A DNA stretch of 63,944 nt, filler included, from Choristocarpus tenellus KU-1152 (GCA_964200185.2; 16 parts of 16 records of this genome joined end to end with filler, not necessarily neighbours in it); one strand, 5' to 3'. Positions 13,040 to 28,069 are shown, counted from the first letter of the whole stretch. Made by a program: numbers and translations. The notes: generated by a model from the sequence alone, not told the origin.

Positions 13040-14223
13040 GTTCAAATATTGGAATCATCACCCAGCTGCTTCCCCCCAAACCATCACACATTGCTGCCAT
13101 GACCTTTGTTAGGACCCACTGCAGCGCTTGCCTCCAGTAGCATCACTACTCTTTGCAGCAGTACAGAGCTTTTCCATCCAATGGTGTGCACATCCCCATA
13201 CAGTCTTGCCTTGTTGTACCTTAGCTTTGATATAGTGTCATATTCATGCCCCCCCCCCCCCCCCCCCCCCCCCCCCAACTACNNNNNNNNNNNNNNNNNN
13301 NNNNNNNNNNNNNNNNNNNNNNNNNNTTAATTAATTAANNNNNNNNNNNNNNNNNNNNNNNNNNNNNNNNNNNNNNNNNNNNCCGCCACCCCCTCCCAGA
13401 TACTTTGAGCCTTGATCGACCCATCCTTGTGACGGTGGGGATGCCCATATAGTTGCAGTGTAACACAGGTCAACTACTATCAATACTGTTGTGGTTGTGG
13501 TCAACCACATTAGTACCCCTCCTATTTAGAGATCTATACAAAGATTAAACTCATTCGGTCACCTTCTTTACATCTGCAGAGGATCCTTCCCCAATCCCAA
13601 TTGTCTCAAAGGGTTCGCCACCACCTGCAACTGTGGCATTGAGCTGGGGTAACCAGGGTATGTCCTGATGCCTACCGGGAGTGGGTAAAAAGGAGAGGGA
13701 TATGCTTTCTACATTGTTGTGCATGAATATATCTCTGTGCCATTCCACATGTCTTCCTCTGTGAGTATATTAGTTTTTGCTAGTGCCTATGTCCGTATGT
13801 CTGCCTGCAACAGAAATTGTGTCAGCTTTTCTTTCTCCATGGACCTCAATATTGCTAAGAACTCTCTAGTGTCCAAAGGCTCCTTACAGTGTATGGCAAA
13901 AGTCTTGGATAGATTTTGAATGCTGATATACAACTGTTGGTTACACATATGCACGTCCTAGGTAGTTCCCTCCTGAACAAGCGAAAATTGAACCCTGGGA
14001 AACAAGCAGTGCTAGTCCTAGCCCTAAGCATACCATTGATAAATAGAGCAAGCTGTATGTATTTTTTCTAGTACTCCTCAAATTCTCGAGTCATTGCAAA
14101 ATGGCCACTGCTCTGATATTTTTCCCCATTGGCCCAGTCACAGGATAGTGTCGAGATCAACAACTGTTGGTTTTGCTACCCAAACTCGACAAGATTGTCA
14201 ACGGTACCATTTTGTGTCTTCAT

Positions 14224-14482
14224 GAGTCGAACTATGTTAGGGGGTGGAGCCGCGTCCACTTGGGGACCAAAATCCAATGTTGCAATTTTGATGTAATTTT
14301 GGCTATCGTGTTTGTTAGGAATTGTCAATATCCTTGTTCCGTACACACCTTTTCATAACGAATACATTTTACCTACTCCGAAACATTCTGGAGTAGGTAA
14401 AATATCATTTAAAACCCGTGGGAAGCCAAGCCCCAAATGGACAAACAGGGAAAACCTCATACCCTCTAAGATACCTGCACTC
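14224..14482 (+). mobile_element. MITE family A copy
   Basis: Internal sequence nearly identical to 4876-5137; degenerate TIRs; flanked by CAT/CAT. Confidence 0.87.
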
Positions 14483-17268
14483 CATCTTCCTGCTTTGAGT
14501 ATTACAACAAGAAGCTTCCCTATCTTGAAGATGCCACGTATCATAACCTACATTCAAAACGGCCAACCATCTCTGGATAGTTCCATGCCTCAACCATGTT
14601 TTTTGTGAAGGAATAGTATTGCTCCTGGAAAAGAGAGGAAGCAAGGGTCCCTTGCATTGGCAACCCATCCAAGTGAAAGTACTTGAGGTGTATTCCTTGT
14701 GCTATCTTCTGATAGCGTCTGTGGCGGTACCAGTCAATTTAGCACCAATGTCACCATAAGAAGGGGGAAGATAGCACCTAAGTAGTCAATCACAAAGCAT
14801 CACTCAAAATGTGTAAAACGTGTTTCTAATCCTTCAATTCCAACGCAAAATGGAGGTAGACGTGGCGAAATGGTGTTTTGGCTTATTACTAGCTGAGCCT
14901 TTGGGTCATTCTCTCATGAACCAACCAGGGCGGAATACCTCGATATATTTTCAGGCTGGTTAGCTGGGTCTGTTGGCACCAATAAGGGCAAGAGACACAC
15001 TCAAATTGGACCTTACATAAGGTCCTTTGTGTGTGTTGAAACAAAGCATAGTCACATGAGGTTGTTAGGGGTAGTCGCGCTCTCGACGGGAAGGAGGAGA
15101 TAGGAAGGATTTGTTTCTCCCTCACAGGGGAGTCATTGCAAATCAGATCACCAGGGCATGAGGATATTGATACAGTTATTTACATTTTTCTTCCTTGAGC
15201 TTCTCAGCAAGTACCACTACATTCCTTTCAAGAGCAAGATCAATTAATCAAGATAGAGTATGTTTCCATTCACGGTTGTGCAGACACCACAGTAGTAGTG
15301 TACATGGTAGAGTAGTCTGATAGTAAGAAGTAGCACTTTCATACCCAGACCCACAGTATAGTCCACACATATTTTGCCAATTCAAGCACAAGTCGATGAA
15401 CTTCTCCATCCACCCTGTATAGACTCAAACTCATGTCATTTCTTCCCTGCTTCCCCACAGAATGTATCTCAATACACATTCAAAACCCACCCCTATCCTG
15501 AACGTAACTCCCCACCTTCCAACTCCACCCACTTACCATAACCACCTATCCTCCACCATAAGCCTCCCTCCTTTCCTTCAACAGTACACATTCAGAGCAT
15601 GACATACCTGATCTGCTCTGGAGGTGAGCGTGTGAAGAATGCCCACCTCTCAATATACTGCTTTACTCTGGCAGCATCCTGCATCCTCTCAAATTGTGTC
15701 CTTCTCATTTTGCGCTCATGTGACATGAGCAAAGCCGATGAGGTTGGTGGCAACTATATGCATTTCAAAGGTGCGTGTTTTGGTGTGAGAGCTGAATTGT
15801 AGGTCATGAAGCACGTCAATGGCTGAGGGGTCACAAATTGACAGAAGTATGGCCAGGATGAGAGTTGAGGGGACATGGACATGTGTATGTAACAATTGAA
15901 TGCAAAGTTTGAAGAGTAGGTACGGTGTCTCCAATTTGCTGCACTCCCTCAAATTATCTGGGGGGGGGGGGGGGGNNNNNNNNNNNNNNNNNNNNNNNNN
16001 NNNNNNNNNNNNNNNNNNNTTAATTAATTAANNNNNNNNNNNNNNNNNNNNNNNNNNNNNNNNNNNNNNNNNNNNATCCACAAATGGACGCGACTCTACC
16101 CTCTAAGATACTTTGGCTCTTGCCATAAATGCTGGTGAGGGGCCATCTACATGAAATTGGTGCATATGAATGGGACCGATGACATGAAGAGACTGTGCTT
16201 TTGAGAGCCACATTCCCAAGGAGGAAATAGGTGGCAGGGTATCATCATTGATGGTTGACCCACTGTTATTGTGTTGGTCGCTTCGTTTCCTCCTCCAAAT
16301 CATGGCAACCTCGGGAAGTTACAGAGCTCTCTGGCAGGAGGTCGCCTTTTGGGGGCTACCGTTGCCAAGACAGGTGGCAGTGACGTCTTCCATCATGGCA
16401 ACAGGTGAGGGGACAAAAAATGGATCAGGTCACACCTGAAAAACGGGTACAGCTATCTTTGGTTCAGAAGGGCAAAGTGCTGGGCGTGGTAAATGAAAGA
16501 ATGATGAACTAAATGAAAATAGTCGATCAGAAAGGTACTGGCTTAAGGATGGTAGTGTGAATTGGGTGGTAAAAAAAGAGCTTGAGAAGCAGCTTCTTAT
16601 TTGTGGAAAGAAGCGACGAAGAGGCAGTTCGGAAAGCAGGTACCTCTCCTATGTGCAGCTCTATGGGTAAGAGTGCACTCCAAGGTGCACTTGACTGCAG
16701 TGATCCTGGGCCTTGCAGATCTACTCAAAGAATCTGATTGTGCATCCAAGGACAGAAGAAAGAAGGAAGTCATGATTTTGACTTGAGGTATTGGAAATTA
16801 TTGAAGACTTTAGAGCACCTCACTATGACACCACTAACAGGGGCTGTTGGATAATCCTAGAAGAGGAAAAGGTAGATAAGGCTTTTGTGCAGGACTTACT
16901 GGAGGAGATAGTGGAGGAATTAGCTTGTCTGTGCTACAAGTGTTGTATGTAAGTGAGGTTGATGCGGACGGGATGAAGTGGCAGAAGATGTCACACAGAG
17001 GTTGATGGTGGTGGAGGGGCAAGTCTTCCTGCCTCCCTTTGTTGACAAGGCACCTCACTTTCTTCACTTGGAGATGAGGACTGAAGAGAGTGAACTCGTA
17101 TTTTAGGCGGCATGTTGTTGCACTGGGAACTCCCTCTTCAAGGCGAGTCAGGCCTCAAATCGTGAAAACTCGTTAAAAGTGGATTTTCTATTTTATTAAT
17201 GTGCGTTGGTCGGAAAGGTGAGTGAATCAGCCTTACCTTGAAGTGCGACCACGATTATATGCACAAAG

Positions 17269-17423
17269 AACAGCCAATTTCAAAAATTGAGGATGGAGCT
17301 TTTCATTGAGGATGGGTTTGACCCAAAATTGACTGGGATAAAGTGTCGATATATATTTTTTTGTATTGTCAAAAACCCATCCTCAATGAAAAGCTCCATC
17401 CTCAATTTTTGAAATCGGCTGTT
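17269..17423. mobile_element. MITE family C, complete short copy
   Basis: Near-perfect TIR of about 50 bp: AACAGCCAATTTCAAAAATTGAGGATGGAGCTTTTCATTGAGGATGGGTTT ... AAACCCATCCTCAATGAAAAGCTCCATCCTCAATTTTTGAAATCGGCTGTT; flanked by AAAG/AAAG. Confidence 0.9.
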
Positions 17424-20400
17424 AAAGGGAAAAAACCCAAAGAAACTAGTATACACCAAGAGTTCTGCCAGGTTTTCCAATCGGTTCCATTAGGCATTAG
17501 CACCAATAACAAGGTTCCACCACGGCCCCACCATCCATTGATTTCCACAGGCCCGAAATAGGTTGCAGTCGACCAATCTAACTACAATCTTCAACAGTAA
17601 TACGTTAGGTAACCTACAGAGAGGAACTAGAGCAGCCTGCTGAATCCCTTCTAGCTGCTGTATGGACCGCCAGATTAAGGGAAGTGATCCCTTCTCTAAG
17701 GAGGACTCAACACAGCACCCCCAATCCTCTTAAAACATTGCATGGGCTGGGAGGGTGACTATTATCACATGCACCGCCCCCATCTATTCATCGGAACGCC
17801 ATAGAAAACAAGTATATACATATGTACGATGCTTGTGTCATATCCTGGCACTGCTGCGTTGTTAACAGCAACAAATAAACCCTTCAATGCACTAAATATT
17901 AATACTCTGAATGGATGAATGCAGTGATCATATCTTGACATCTCTGCTCTTCTTCTGTGCCATGTGCTAGTTGTTGTGACCATGGTCAAGTATCCCACTA
18001 GTGGTGTACCATAGCTTCCTCTTTTACCGCCCCATCATATACAAGTACATCTTGAAACCCCCCAACAACTCACCTCAAAAACCCCTACGCCACCACATGA
18101 ACACCATCCCTGTCACTTCCCTCTAACCAACACACTAATAGGCAGATTTGGAGTAAATACTGTCTCCCATGATTCCCAAAAATCCCTTTGGAACCTGTGT
18201 AGGTTACATTAAGCAACTTGGGAGAGATGTGAGGGTTGATTTGAAGGCAGTAGGTCAATTCAGCACTACAATACTAAACCGCAACTCAATGAAAAAGTCT
18301 TTCTTGATTTTTTTTCTGCACCATACTACTTAATTGAACAAGCATACTCTGAGTTGGCCAAAACTCTCCTCAAGATTGGGGATCAGAATTCAATCAATGG
18401 TTACGTTAGAGATGTAAGGAGTTATTAAATGTAACTAAGTAAAAAGGTATATCGACAGACAGGATATATCATCACACAACATCCTCTCGTGGTGTGAAAT
18501 ACGACCCCTCATTGCAGAACAAGTGTAATCTACATATCTCCTCACTCATACTGTTGACATACTGGCCAATTCAACTTAGCCCCTGGCAAGTTCATGGCCC
18601 ACTTCTCAAAACACACAACAGTAATAAATTGGGTACATCACAAAATCCTGCATGGCAGTCAATCAGAGCACACACCCTGGTACAAACACAGCAAACCCTG
18701 AACAAGGATGTTTATTTTACTCATCAACGTGACATCACATGCTACATACGACAAAATAGGGTACACGACTTGGAACTCACATCAGACTTCCTTTTCATGG
18801 GAGGCGTATCAATACATACAGGCGATATCATTCCTCACAGGCACAATCTTCCATGCCAACACAAACGACGGTTGATAAGCTTATAATTCACTTTACTCCA
18901 CCCCCGTTCCAACTTATGAGGAGTACCAAAGTGGACACAGCAAACCAACAGAAAAACAGGATGCAGAAGCAAGAGCAATCAGCAAGTTAACCAAGTCGTT
19001 CCAAGCGAGACTTTGAGGGGGTACCACATAGACAGGGGGCAACATGTATGTATCAACCGAAACCCTCAGACAAAAGGGATCGATCAAATGCCACATCAAG
19101 TCGAAGGGAATGCATTTACTTGATCAAATGCCCCTATCATACTGAAAACATCCCCAAAAACCTCTTACCCTAACCCTAAACACTTTCACTACTACCGCAA
19201 TCGCTCCACTATCAACAATCCACGCGTTTTTATGCAGCGCAAACTCGGCATGCAGCGAAAAATAAAAATAAAAATAAAAGAGACAGTGTGCAAGACCGCG
19301 TCACACATCCACCAACGCAATCAAACAAAGGGAGACAAACTGTACACGTGACGATCCGAGATCATTACATCACCACCATCACCTAACTCTCTCTGACGCC
19401 AGGTTTGTTGGCTCAAAGAGACCCCGATCAACCATGGAATGCCTCGCACCCCTCCGGCACAAGCACGGGCTCATGACCCCATCACTTTCAGCCTTGCAAG
19501 GGGTGATGTATACAGTGATGGAGCCGGTTTCCTGCTCGCTCTGTTGTCCATTCACAATAAATACATGGTTTCCCACACCACAGGAGGAGGAAGGCGCAGC
19601 CTTCCCGGGAGAGGCACTCCCTCTCACTCCCCAGTTTTCATCCCAGGCCCCACTTGNNNNNNNNNNNNNNNNNNNNNNNNNNNNNNNNNNNNNNNNNNNN
19701 TTAATTAATTAANNNNNNNNNNNNNNNNNNNNNNNNNNNNNNNNNNNNNNNNNNNNAGTACACACACGCATGACTTACACAGCAACAAGAACCACGACGG
19801 TGAGACAAGGAGAGCCGCCGAGGCCACTCTGCCCTCTGGATCTACCCTCGGCACCTTCTCTGTCAAGAGGCGACGGAAAAGCAACTACCGTGTGACACTA
19901 AGTGCGCTGTTAGGTGACGAGAAAGTGTGAGTAGTACGACGCAGCAGCGTGATCAAATCGTGAAATGGATCACGGGGTCGCGACGGTGATGACGCTGAGA
20001 GAAGATGCATTGAAAGCATTACCACACAAAGGTGGTTGGATCTTCAACCAAGTCGGAGTACTGCTCTGCGGTCTCTGCCACCTCGGGAAAGCAGGTAAGA
20101 GAGTGGCGAGTCCATCACCAGGTGGTACAGTGACGAAGTCTATGGGGAAGCCTGGTCACGGCAGGCGAAGGGAGAACTGGGGTGGCCGCTCAAAGGGAAG
20201 ATTGGGGAAGAGATCGGTGCGACTGTGTGTTATTGCTCTCAGGAAACGCCTAAGCGAAAACCCGGGTGTAGAATATCTTAGTAGTCGACAGTTGCAGCAG
20301 CCCCTGGCTGTCTGGAAGCTGGGCGAGCCAGAGTGGCTCAAGGAAACGAGAAAGAAGGTGTTAGGGTTGGGCTAAAAGGGCTCTGAAGCCTGAAAGAGAG

Positions 20401-20789
20401 TCGAGAGGGCTCGTAAGGCGGAGGAGAAAATGATCGTAACAAAGGCAGCTGTGGAGACTTTTCGATACCACCAAATCCTTTAATTAGGAGACGTCGCGAA
20501 GCAGGTGGAGGTAGCCATCGACGTGGATGCCAGGGAAGAAGAGGAGGTGAAATTGAGACTATTGGCACACCAATGTTTGGTGTCTCCCATACATCCACTT
20601 TTGTTCCTGGACTTGGGGTTGGACCTATGAAGTTGATAAAGGCTTTCTCCTAACCTGCATTCATTCGAGAAATCAACACAATTTTCGATCAACTCAAGCC
20701 TGTCTTCCCTCGCCCTTGCGACTTGATAAAATATCACCAGCCCAGGAAACATGGACAACGCCCATTTCCGGCGCTCAACACTGTGAATC

Positions 20790-21030
20790 CTGTACGTGTG
20801 TATGAACGACGTGAAAGACCTTCAAACAGCGCTCGAGATGGCAGCAGGATATGCAACGGTCAGGACTGAAACTATTAGTATATGGGAGAGAAACTTCCTA
20901 ACTAAGGGCCACATCAAGGTGTCGGAGCAAGGGCGCTATGGCAGGCGGTTCGTCCTTGGCCTCGACGAGGACATTCTTGCCGAGGTCGAAGAGTGGGTGC
21001 GCGAACACACAGGAAGAAAGGGTGGGGAGG
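20790..21030 (+). pseudogene. IS630/Tc1-mariner-like transposase N-terminal fragment
   Basis: ETISIWERNFLTKGHIKVSEQGRYGRRFVLGLDEDILAEVEEWVREHTGRKG resembles the IxxWxxxFxxxGxxxxSxQGxH...LxDEDxxxxxxxW(L/V)R segment upstream of the DDE domain in some eukaryotic IS630-type transposases. Frameshifted coding-like DNA extends upstream to about 19950. No catalytic domain is present. Confidence 0.55.
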
Positions 21031-22786
21031 CTTTTTTCCTTTGCAAACTCTAAACTTCAATCAAGTAATAATGCATCTGTTGCCACTCTTGGTGATCTAC
21101 AATCCTGGGTTCGAACCCCAACAAGAGCAATCTTTCTTCAAAAAAGAAAAAAATGTCGGAAAAAACGAAGCCCGTACTCTGGAGGGCCTCGTGACAGGCA
21201 TCACGAATATGCTATTATTTTTTAATCCGATGCCTACATCAAAAGTTATGTCGGGACAACTCCAGAAGGCGAAGCTACCAATGCCACCACTATACTATCC
21301 TATCTCTCACTAAATCATAAAAACATCGGACGAAGAATGAGGTTGCAAAGGCTTCATCACCCAGTGACGCCAAATCAGATCCACCGCAAGAGTTAAGGGA
21401 GGTGGTGGAGGGGTGAGGGGTGAGGGGTCGAATGGGTGGAACACATGAAAACATAATATTAGTAATATAATGCGCTCTTCCCACTGCCAGATATGCTTTC
21501 ATAACATGTATGTGACGTATTTATTAGAGTGGAGTGCGTGAGATTACATCAATCACTACTGCCACAACTACCATCAATTTTAAACACCAGACTGATTGTT
21601 GAAGAGTTTATGTCTCGTTCATTATGTGACCGCTCGATAGAGATAAAACTAACCGTCGTGTGTTTTTTCTATTAAATTTAATGTATAAAAATAGCTGTAG
21701 GACACCATGTTCTACATGATAATTGCTAATACATAAGAGTTAGCAGTACGATTTATAGTTGAAAATATTGATATTCCGTCTGAATGGATGTGTAACTGAA
21801 AATGAAAAAGAGAGCGAAGTTAGAAATGCTTCACCCAAAACCCTTTTGTTTTTGATATTGGGAATTCTTGCTATCTGCATGTGTGTAGGCATAGTACACA
21901 TTGATAATAGTGCAGTTGATAGTAGTTTACCTCCAACCCCCCGGTCGGACCAGGTTAGGTTAGTCTCTCTGCCCCTCCGACCCTGACTCTACCATCAGCA
22001 AGTGTCATCATGCGTAAATGTTTTTTTCTCGCATTTTGCTCACCACAAAGTGGGACCCAAAGTGGGAGTACTACGCTCAAGGCTGAGGTGTAGATACTGC
22101 GAGATCTCAAGCTAAAGAAGAACACTGACCCAGGGTGACTCGACGCATACGGGGAAGGTCAATGGCCTTACAACATCTGTGTGGTGATGGGATACTAGCC
22201 CGTAATGGCAACTACTGTAAACCTGAAGATAGATTAGTGTGGCACGGCATCAGTTGTGACCTTTTGCAGGTAGACAACTCGTACACTTAGTATAGTCAAA
22301 GGTTTATCCCATGGTTCTGGTTAAAGACAAACACGGATTTTTCCAGACTGTGCAGCATCAGTCACTCTACACCGCAAAAGCCTCCAACTGAGTAATTATT
22401 TCCCATTCTGGACTCGTAAGTCTCTCTGTCAATGATGCTCAAATGCCTGTAACTCTGTCTGTTTTCTTTTATGTGCTTTACAACTAGGGATATGGGCAGT
22501 GCAATCGAATAATCTGTATCGTTTTCCTCCCCTCCTACTGCCACCCTCTCCTCCACCCCCTTTCCCTCTCTTCCTTATGCTCTTACTTGCAGGGAGCGCC
22601 AGATAGTGACAGCAGCTACTTCAAAGAATCGCCAACTCGGTGTTTCCCGTTTTTGTATACTATCAAGAAAATTCAACTGTTGGGATGAAAATAGGTACCA
22701 GCACGTATCACTGGATATGCCAAGCAATGTCCTAAGTCGAATCCATAGTTATTAATTCCGTCAAATAAACACTACATCTATATCCA

Positions 22787-23045
22787 GAGCCAAAGTATCT
22801 TAGAGGGTAGGGTCGCGTCCATGTGGGGACCAAAATCCAATGTTGCGATTTTGATGTAATTTTGTCTATCTTATTTGATAGGAAGTGTCAATATCCTTGT
22901 TCCGGACACACCTTCTCATAACGTATACATTTTACCTACTCCGAAACACTTTGGAGTAGAAAAATGTCATTGGAAACCCCATGGGATGCCAAGCCCCAAA
23001 TGGACAAACAGGGTAAAACTCGTACCCTCTAAGATACTTTCACTC
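22787..23045 (+). mobile_element. MITE family A copy
   Basis: GAGCCAAAGTATCTTAGAGGGTA ... TACCCTCTAAGATACTTTCACTC; flanked by TCCA/TCCA. Confidence 0.92.
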
Positions 23046-23609
23046 TCCAGTCGACCAGTCTATACCTTTTTCGGGTTGTTGACCTAGTTAATGAAAAGAC
23101 AAACCTATCCATGAGGAGCGTTATTTTCTTGAATCAATCTGCAGAGCAAATGAGACTGATCAGATATTGATCCCATTGAACACCTTCCCTGGTTAGGTCA
23201 TTACTCACTACCATATACTTCTACAGGCCTCACCTGTGAACGCTGCATTCTACAGATGACCTACTATGAGTCCTGCTGTGCAGAGACAAAGGAAGGGAAA
23301 GTCACATTTTTAGTACTCGGAGTATTCTTCATGCTGTACATATAGCTCAAAATTGCGAAGAGGATATATGGGTTGTCAACGAGGGGGTATTGCAATATTT
23401 TGAAGTATATACTGTTAAAATCTCCGCTTTGCTACGTACCGCTGAAGCAGGAACTTCACGCAATCGATTTTCTAATTCTGGAAGACTCCTTGTGTGGCTT
23501 ATACTTTATACAGTCTGCTACTGTGTTGGAATAAGAGTGAAAATGACTTTGCAACCTGTTTTGTTGTGGTACAAGCCAGGCGTTGCGCCAAGCCCAATAC
23601 CTAGCGACA

Positions 23610-23975
23610 ACCTTGTTGTAGTTTTGACGACCGTTTACCTCCTACTCGCATCCCTTTCCCTCAACTCGCACCTTCCATTTTGCCTTATCCATATTGTTTA
23701 AGATATGGGCAACATATGCATCCATCCTCGATACAGATTCAGCCAACATCCTTATCCATGAGCTGCACAGATATCAAGGATGCATGGATCAGTTTGCCAA
23801 AAGTTGGTAATTTTGGGGAGGGTGATCCTAATCTGAAAGATCTATTATGCTCTACGCCAATATCTCTCCATTGAAGTGGTGGAACCCATAGTGGCAGTCC
23901 CAGTCCTACCAAGTCCATTGCCTTTCTCTTCTTAGCATCAACTCCCTCACTGACGGAAATGAACATGATATCACC
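23610..23975 (+). pseudogene. Possible hAT transposase C-terminal (dimerisation) relic
   Basis: Degenerate frame ...ELHRYQG...ISPLKWWNP*...LLSINSLTDGNEH recalls the hAT xPLxWW...LLSxxxSSxxxER motif. Many stops. Confidence 0.4.
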
Positions 23976-26162
23976 CCTTCCTGGTTGATGACTTCAGTAA
24001 GGAAACCCGAACCCCTGCACCGGTTGATGACGACAGGGTTACCAAGGCTACACCTTCTCCAATCGATGACATGAGCGGGGATGACACATTTGCTCTTGTC
24101 CTGTCAGATGGCGAGGATGTAAAAATACCCCTTTCCCTATTGATCGTTCGAGCGAAGACCCCTTTGAAGACGAAAATAAAGCTCACAGCTTGTCCCTGGT
24201 TGACGGCATCAAGAACCCAACATACGGGTAACCCCTGTACCAGTTGAAGAAGTGGTTACTTCCACACCTGGTAGAGGTAGTGATTGTGTTTAGTCATACT
24301 ATCAGGTAGGTTGTGGGATGTATGCGGCAATGTTATGGGATACTGCAGCTTGCTTTAGCGAAAGTAAGTATTCTCCACAGGAAGGAACGTTTAACTTATG
24401 GATGGGAGTCAATTTTTTAGAACTAGTTATCTGTTGTTCTGCTGAATACAGCTCTCTGTTCTGATGAATATTATAAAATATAAATATAATGTGATGGTTA
24501 GTGTTTGTAAGCTACTCCAATGTACAATCAAGAATAGCATGCGCAGGGCTTGAAGTAGAATGTGTTTCAACATGTTTGCTGTCCCCTACAGTGATAATGG
24601 TACTATCTAGAGAGACAAGTGAAATGAGTTTACTGGGATCCAGTGGTTTGTCAGATAGTAATCTACCTGTGTTGCTTGACGTCTCCTTCCTACAACCTTA
24701 GGTTGATCGTTTTCTACGTATATGACACTTAACGGTCCCGAGATATTGAGTTTTAGGTGTGACAAGAAGGACACATTAATGCCAATCAGCTACAATATCT
24801 AAGGCTCACTATGTTACAAGTCAGCCATGATATTCTGAAACGCAAGTATCTATCTGCTGTAAACCAGCGCGATTCACTCCTATCATCTTTCTCCCTCCGA
24901 TTATCTTCCTTTCCTTGGTGCTTTGCTTCCTGCCCGCAGTCGATGATATTCCAGTGCAATGATGAGGGCTGGAGGGGTGAACTTGTTGGGCAGACCCACA
25001 CAGTACATTGTTGCAAATATCTAGCAGCAAAACTACTCATACATCGGTCTGCGGTCTTGAAGTTAAATGCAGGAAAATTTGTATGATCAACATTCAACTA
25101 ATTGGAGGAGGGCGACAATAATATTAAAATCAAGTTGCCAGAACTGAAAGAAGTCCAAGGTTCGAGCAGCATACAGCAGATTGGCATTATTCTGAGCACT
25201 GACTACAGGAAATGTCAAGATGTTCCAGTGCCTTCAGTAGAGGTGCGACAGGGGCCAGGAGGATTATGATCACATAAGAAAGGGAAGAAGCACCAAAGAT
25301 GGAGAGGGCAATGGCGATGAAACCTGCGAGAGGTTGATAGACCAGTTCAGATAAAATATAAATATAAGGCCACCTGTGCTGCAAGGACGGTCAACTCAGG
25401 TGAACAAAGCTATGGGCCCAAGTTGATGCTATCTTGGATCAAGGACACGTCACACACCCCCTCCTCCTGAAATAACTTGCATTTAAATATTCTGAAGTCT
25501 ACAACAATTATTTTTCATTGATCAGTATGGTCTGTTCAAATACTACTAGTACTAGTATGGCTTGTTTACCTCTCATGTGTGAGATCTTGTCAAGTGGTGC
25601 TGTCCCTCAACTTTGCTTCAGATCATAATACAATAAAATATCACTTCGTCGACTAGCTCATGAATGAACACAGGGTATTTCAAGTACTGCATGCGTCTTG
25701 TGGTACATCCTCGTGGTCGTGCCGTTCTGTTTTCATTGCATTATTTTAAAGTTGATTACGATACAAATTAATGTCCCTCTCCCCCCCCCCTACACATTCG
25801 TACTATCCTGCTTAGTACTCTCAGGTAGTGAGGGACACATTTTGTATCTGATGGATGCATGCTGCCCTGACTTGACTCCATGCTGATAGTATCACCAGTG
25901 TGGGAAAATCTGATGGAAGGAGATATTGAAGTCAAGGTGACAAGGATTGGAGCATCTCGTACAACCACACTCAAGTTTTTATCTTGTCAACCAGAAGCAT
26001 CTCCCTGTGGTGAGTTCCCAGTGGTATCGGAGTAACTATTGTGGTTAAGACATTCACTCTTTTTTGGTGATTATGTGTGACTTGTAGATTGCGTGATGGG
26101 ACTCCTTAATAGTACCCCCATAATATACATTTATTTGACCTTTCCACATAATAATTGCAAAT

Positions 26163-26423
26163 GAGTGAAAGTATCTTAGAGGGTACGAGTTTTGCCCTGT
26201 TTGTCCATTTGGGGCTTGACTTCCCTTGGAGTTTATACGACTTTCACCTACTCCAAAATATTTCAGAGTAGGTAAAATTTATACGCTGTGAAAAGGTGTG
26301 TCCGGAACAAGGATATTGACACTTCCTAACAAACACGATAGTCAAAATTACATCAAAATCGCAACATTGATTGGATTTTGGCCCCAAATGAACGCGGCTC
26401 TACCCTCTAAGATACTTTGGCTC
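26163..26423 (-). mobile_element. MITE family A copy
   Basis: GAGTGAAAGTATCTTAGAGGGTA ... TACCCTCTAAGATACTTTGGCTC; flanked by AAAT/AAAT. Confidence 0.92.
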
Positions 26424-28069
26424 AAATGCATGTCAGGAACCAATCGCTTCTCATCGCGTTCCCCATCTTTTTCGTACTACATGACATACATATTTTGGAA
26501 GGAAGTGTTGTGGGAGAGGTCTTAGCGAATGAAAGGGCTCGACTTTTGGAGGTCAGAATGTGTGACTTGTATCCTAGTCTCAAACGTAGAATGGAAAGTC
26601 ATCCGTATCCCCTGATACCTCTGAATACAGCAGATGGTCGTGAGTAATACAGGGGCATCTAAGACCACCACAACTATGGTGCTAGTTGAAGAGGGGCTCA
26701 AAGTATCTGGGGGGGGAGGCGGCTGTCCATTTGGGGTCCATTTTTTTATGTCGCGATTTTTGGGTGATTNNNNNNNNNNNNNNNNNNNNNNNNNNNNNNN
26801 NNNNNNNNNNNNNTTAATTAATTAANNNNNNNNNNNNNNNNNNNNNNNNNNNNNNNNNNNNNNNNNNNNAAAAAAAGAGTTGTTTGATCGAAACGGACGC
26901 CCCTTCACAACCCCCCCCCCCAGATACTTTGAGTCGAATAGGCAGGGGACGAGCAGTGGGCTGGCTGGATCCAGTGTGGGAGAAGGAAGACATGACTGAA
27001 GACAGTAAAAATTGTTGTCGTGCAACAGGTAGTGATAGTAGTTCGAATGGAAAGTAGCACAATATGTAGTACCTCTGACCACGGGTGGGGAACCACAGTA
27101 GAGTTAAGAAAATAAATGTAACAGTGATAATGATATTAGTATTGATAGTAAAGATGATGGTTATAACGATAATACTTAGTCTTAGTAATGAAATAGTGAC
27201 AAAATGATAATTGAGGGGGTGATGATCGAAGGTGAAGGGATCAAGGTTGTGGTTTTGAATCAGATGCTGATATTGAGTCCTACATAAACTGAGGAATGTA
27301 CCTGTAATGCAAATGATTAAATTGGGTTTTTCATGGTTGAATGTTTGAGAAATAAAGATGAACTTGTGGTTAAAAAATTTGATAGAGTCAAAGTATACTC
27401 CTCGCCAAAGAGGTGTGTGGTCTTTATCCTCTCATGTGGTGTTGATGTAGGGTCATTAAAATGTAGTATCCTCTGCAGTCACTTGTAGAATGTGGTTGCG
27501 GTAGCAGCAGGAAATGACACTCCATATAAAGGAACTTTTCTTAGTCCTGTCGATTATTTCCAAACAATAGAGTAGTCAACACCCTGGAGTCAAACTTGGT
27601 ATTTCATCCATAGAAACATGGATAAACTGCATAAGATGGCAAAAAATGGCGTAAAACGGCAAAAACCTAGGTAGCTCTCGCTTACTTTGACTCAGAAGCC
27701 CAACATTCGACACATTAATAATTTGTTCACTTGATGTGTAACAGGGGAGATCTCTGTCAATAGTCCAGTTGTTACCAAGCAAAGAAGAGGGATACAACAT
27801 GAAGCAAATAAACTCTTGTGACTACCGAAATCACTATCAACGCTATTGAACGATGGTTTGATCAGGGTGAAAATAAACAAAATTCCATTGAGGTGAGTAC
27901 AAGAGTGAATGACCCTCCAACTACATTCCACATCCCCTTTCTCAAGTTGATTAAGTTTACCATTGTGCATTGCGGTTAGGTTCACAATCTCGTAAGCTGT
28001 CAAGAATTGGGTGTGTGTAGAAAAACAGTTCAATGTAACGATATTCAAAATCATGAATATACTACTACG

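Noticed and set aside
13550-14760. Coding-like minus-strand fragments around a family A insertion
   Set aside because: Many stops and no motif I can assign; cannot be supported as a feature.
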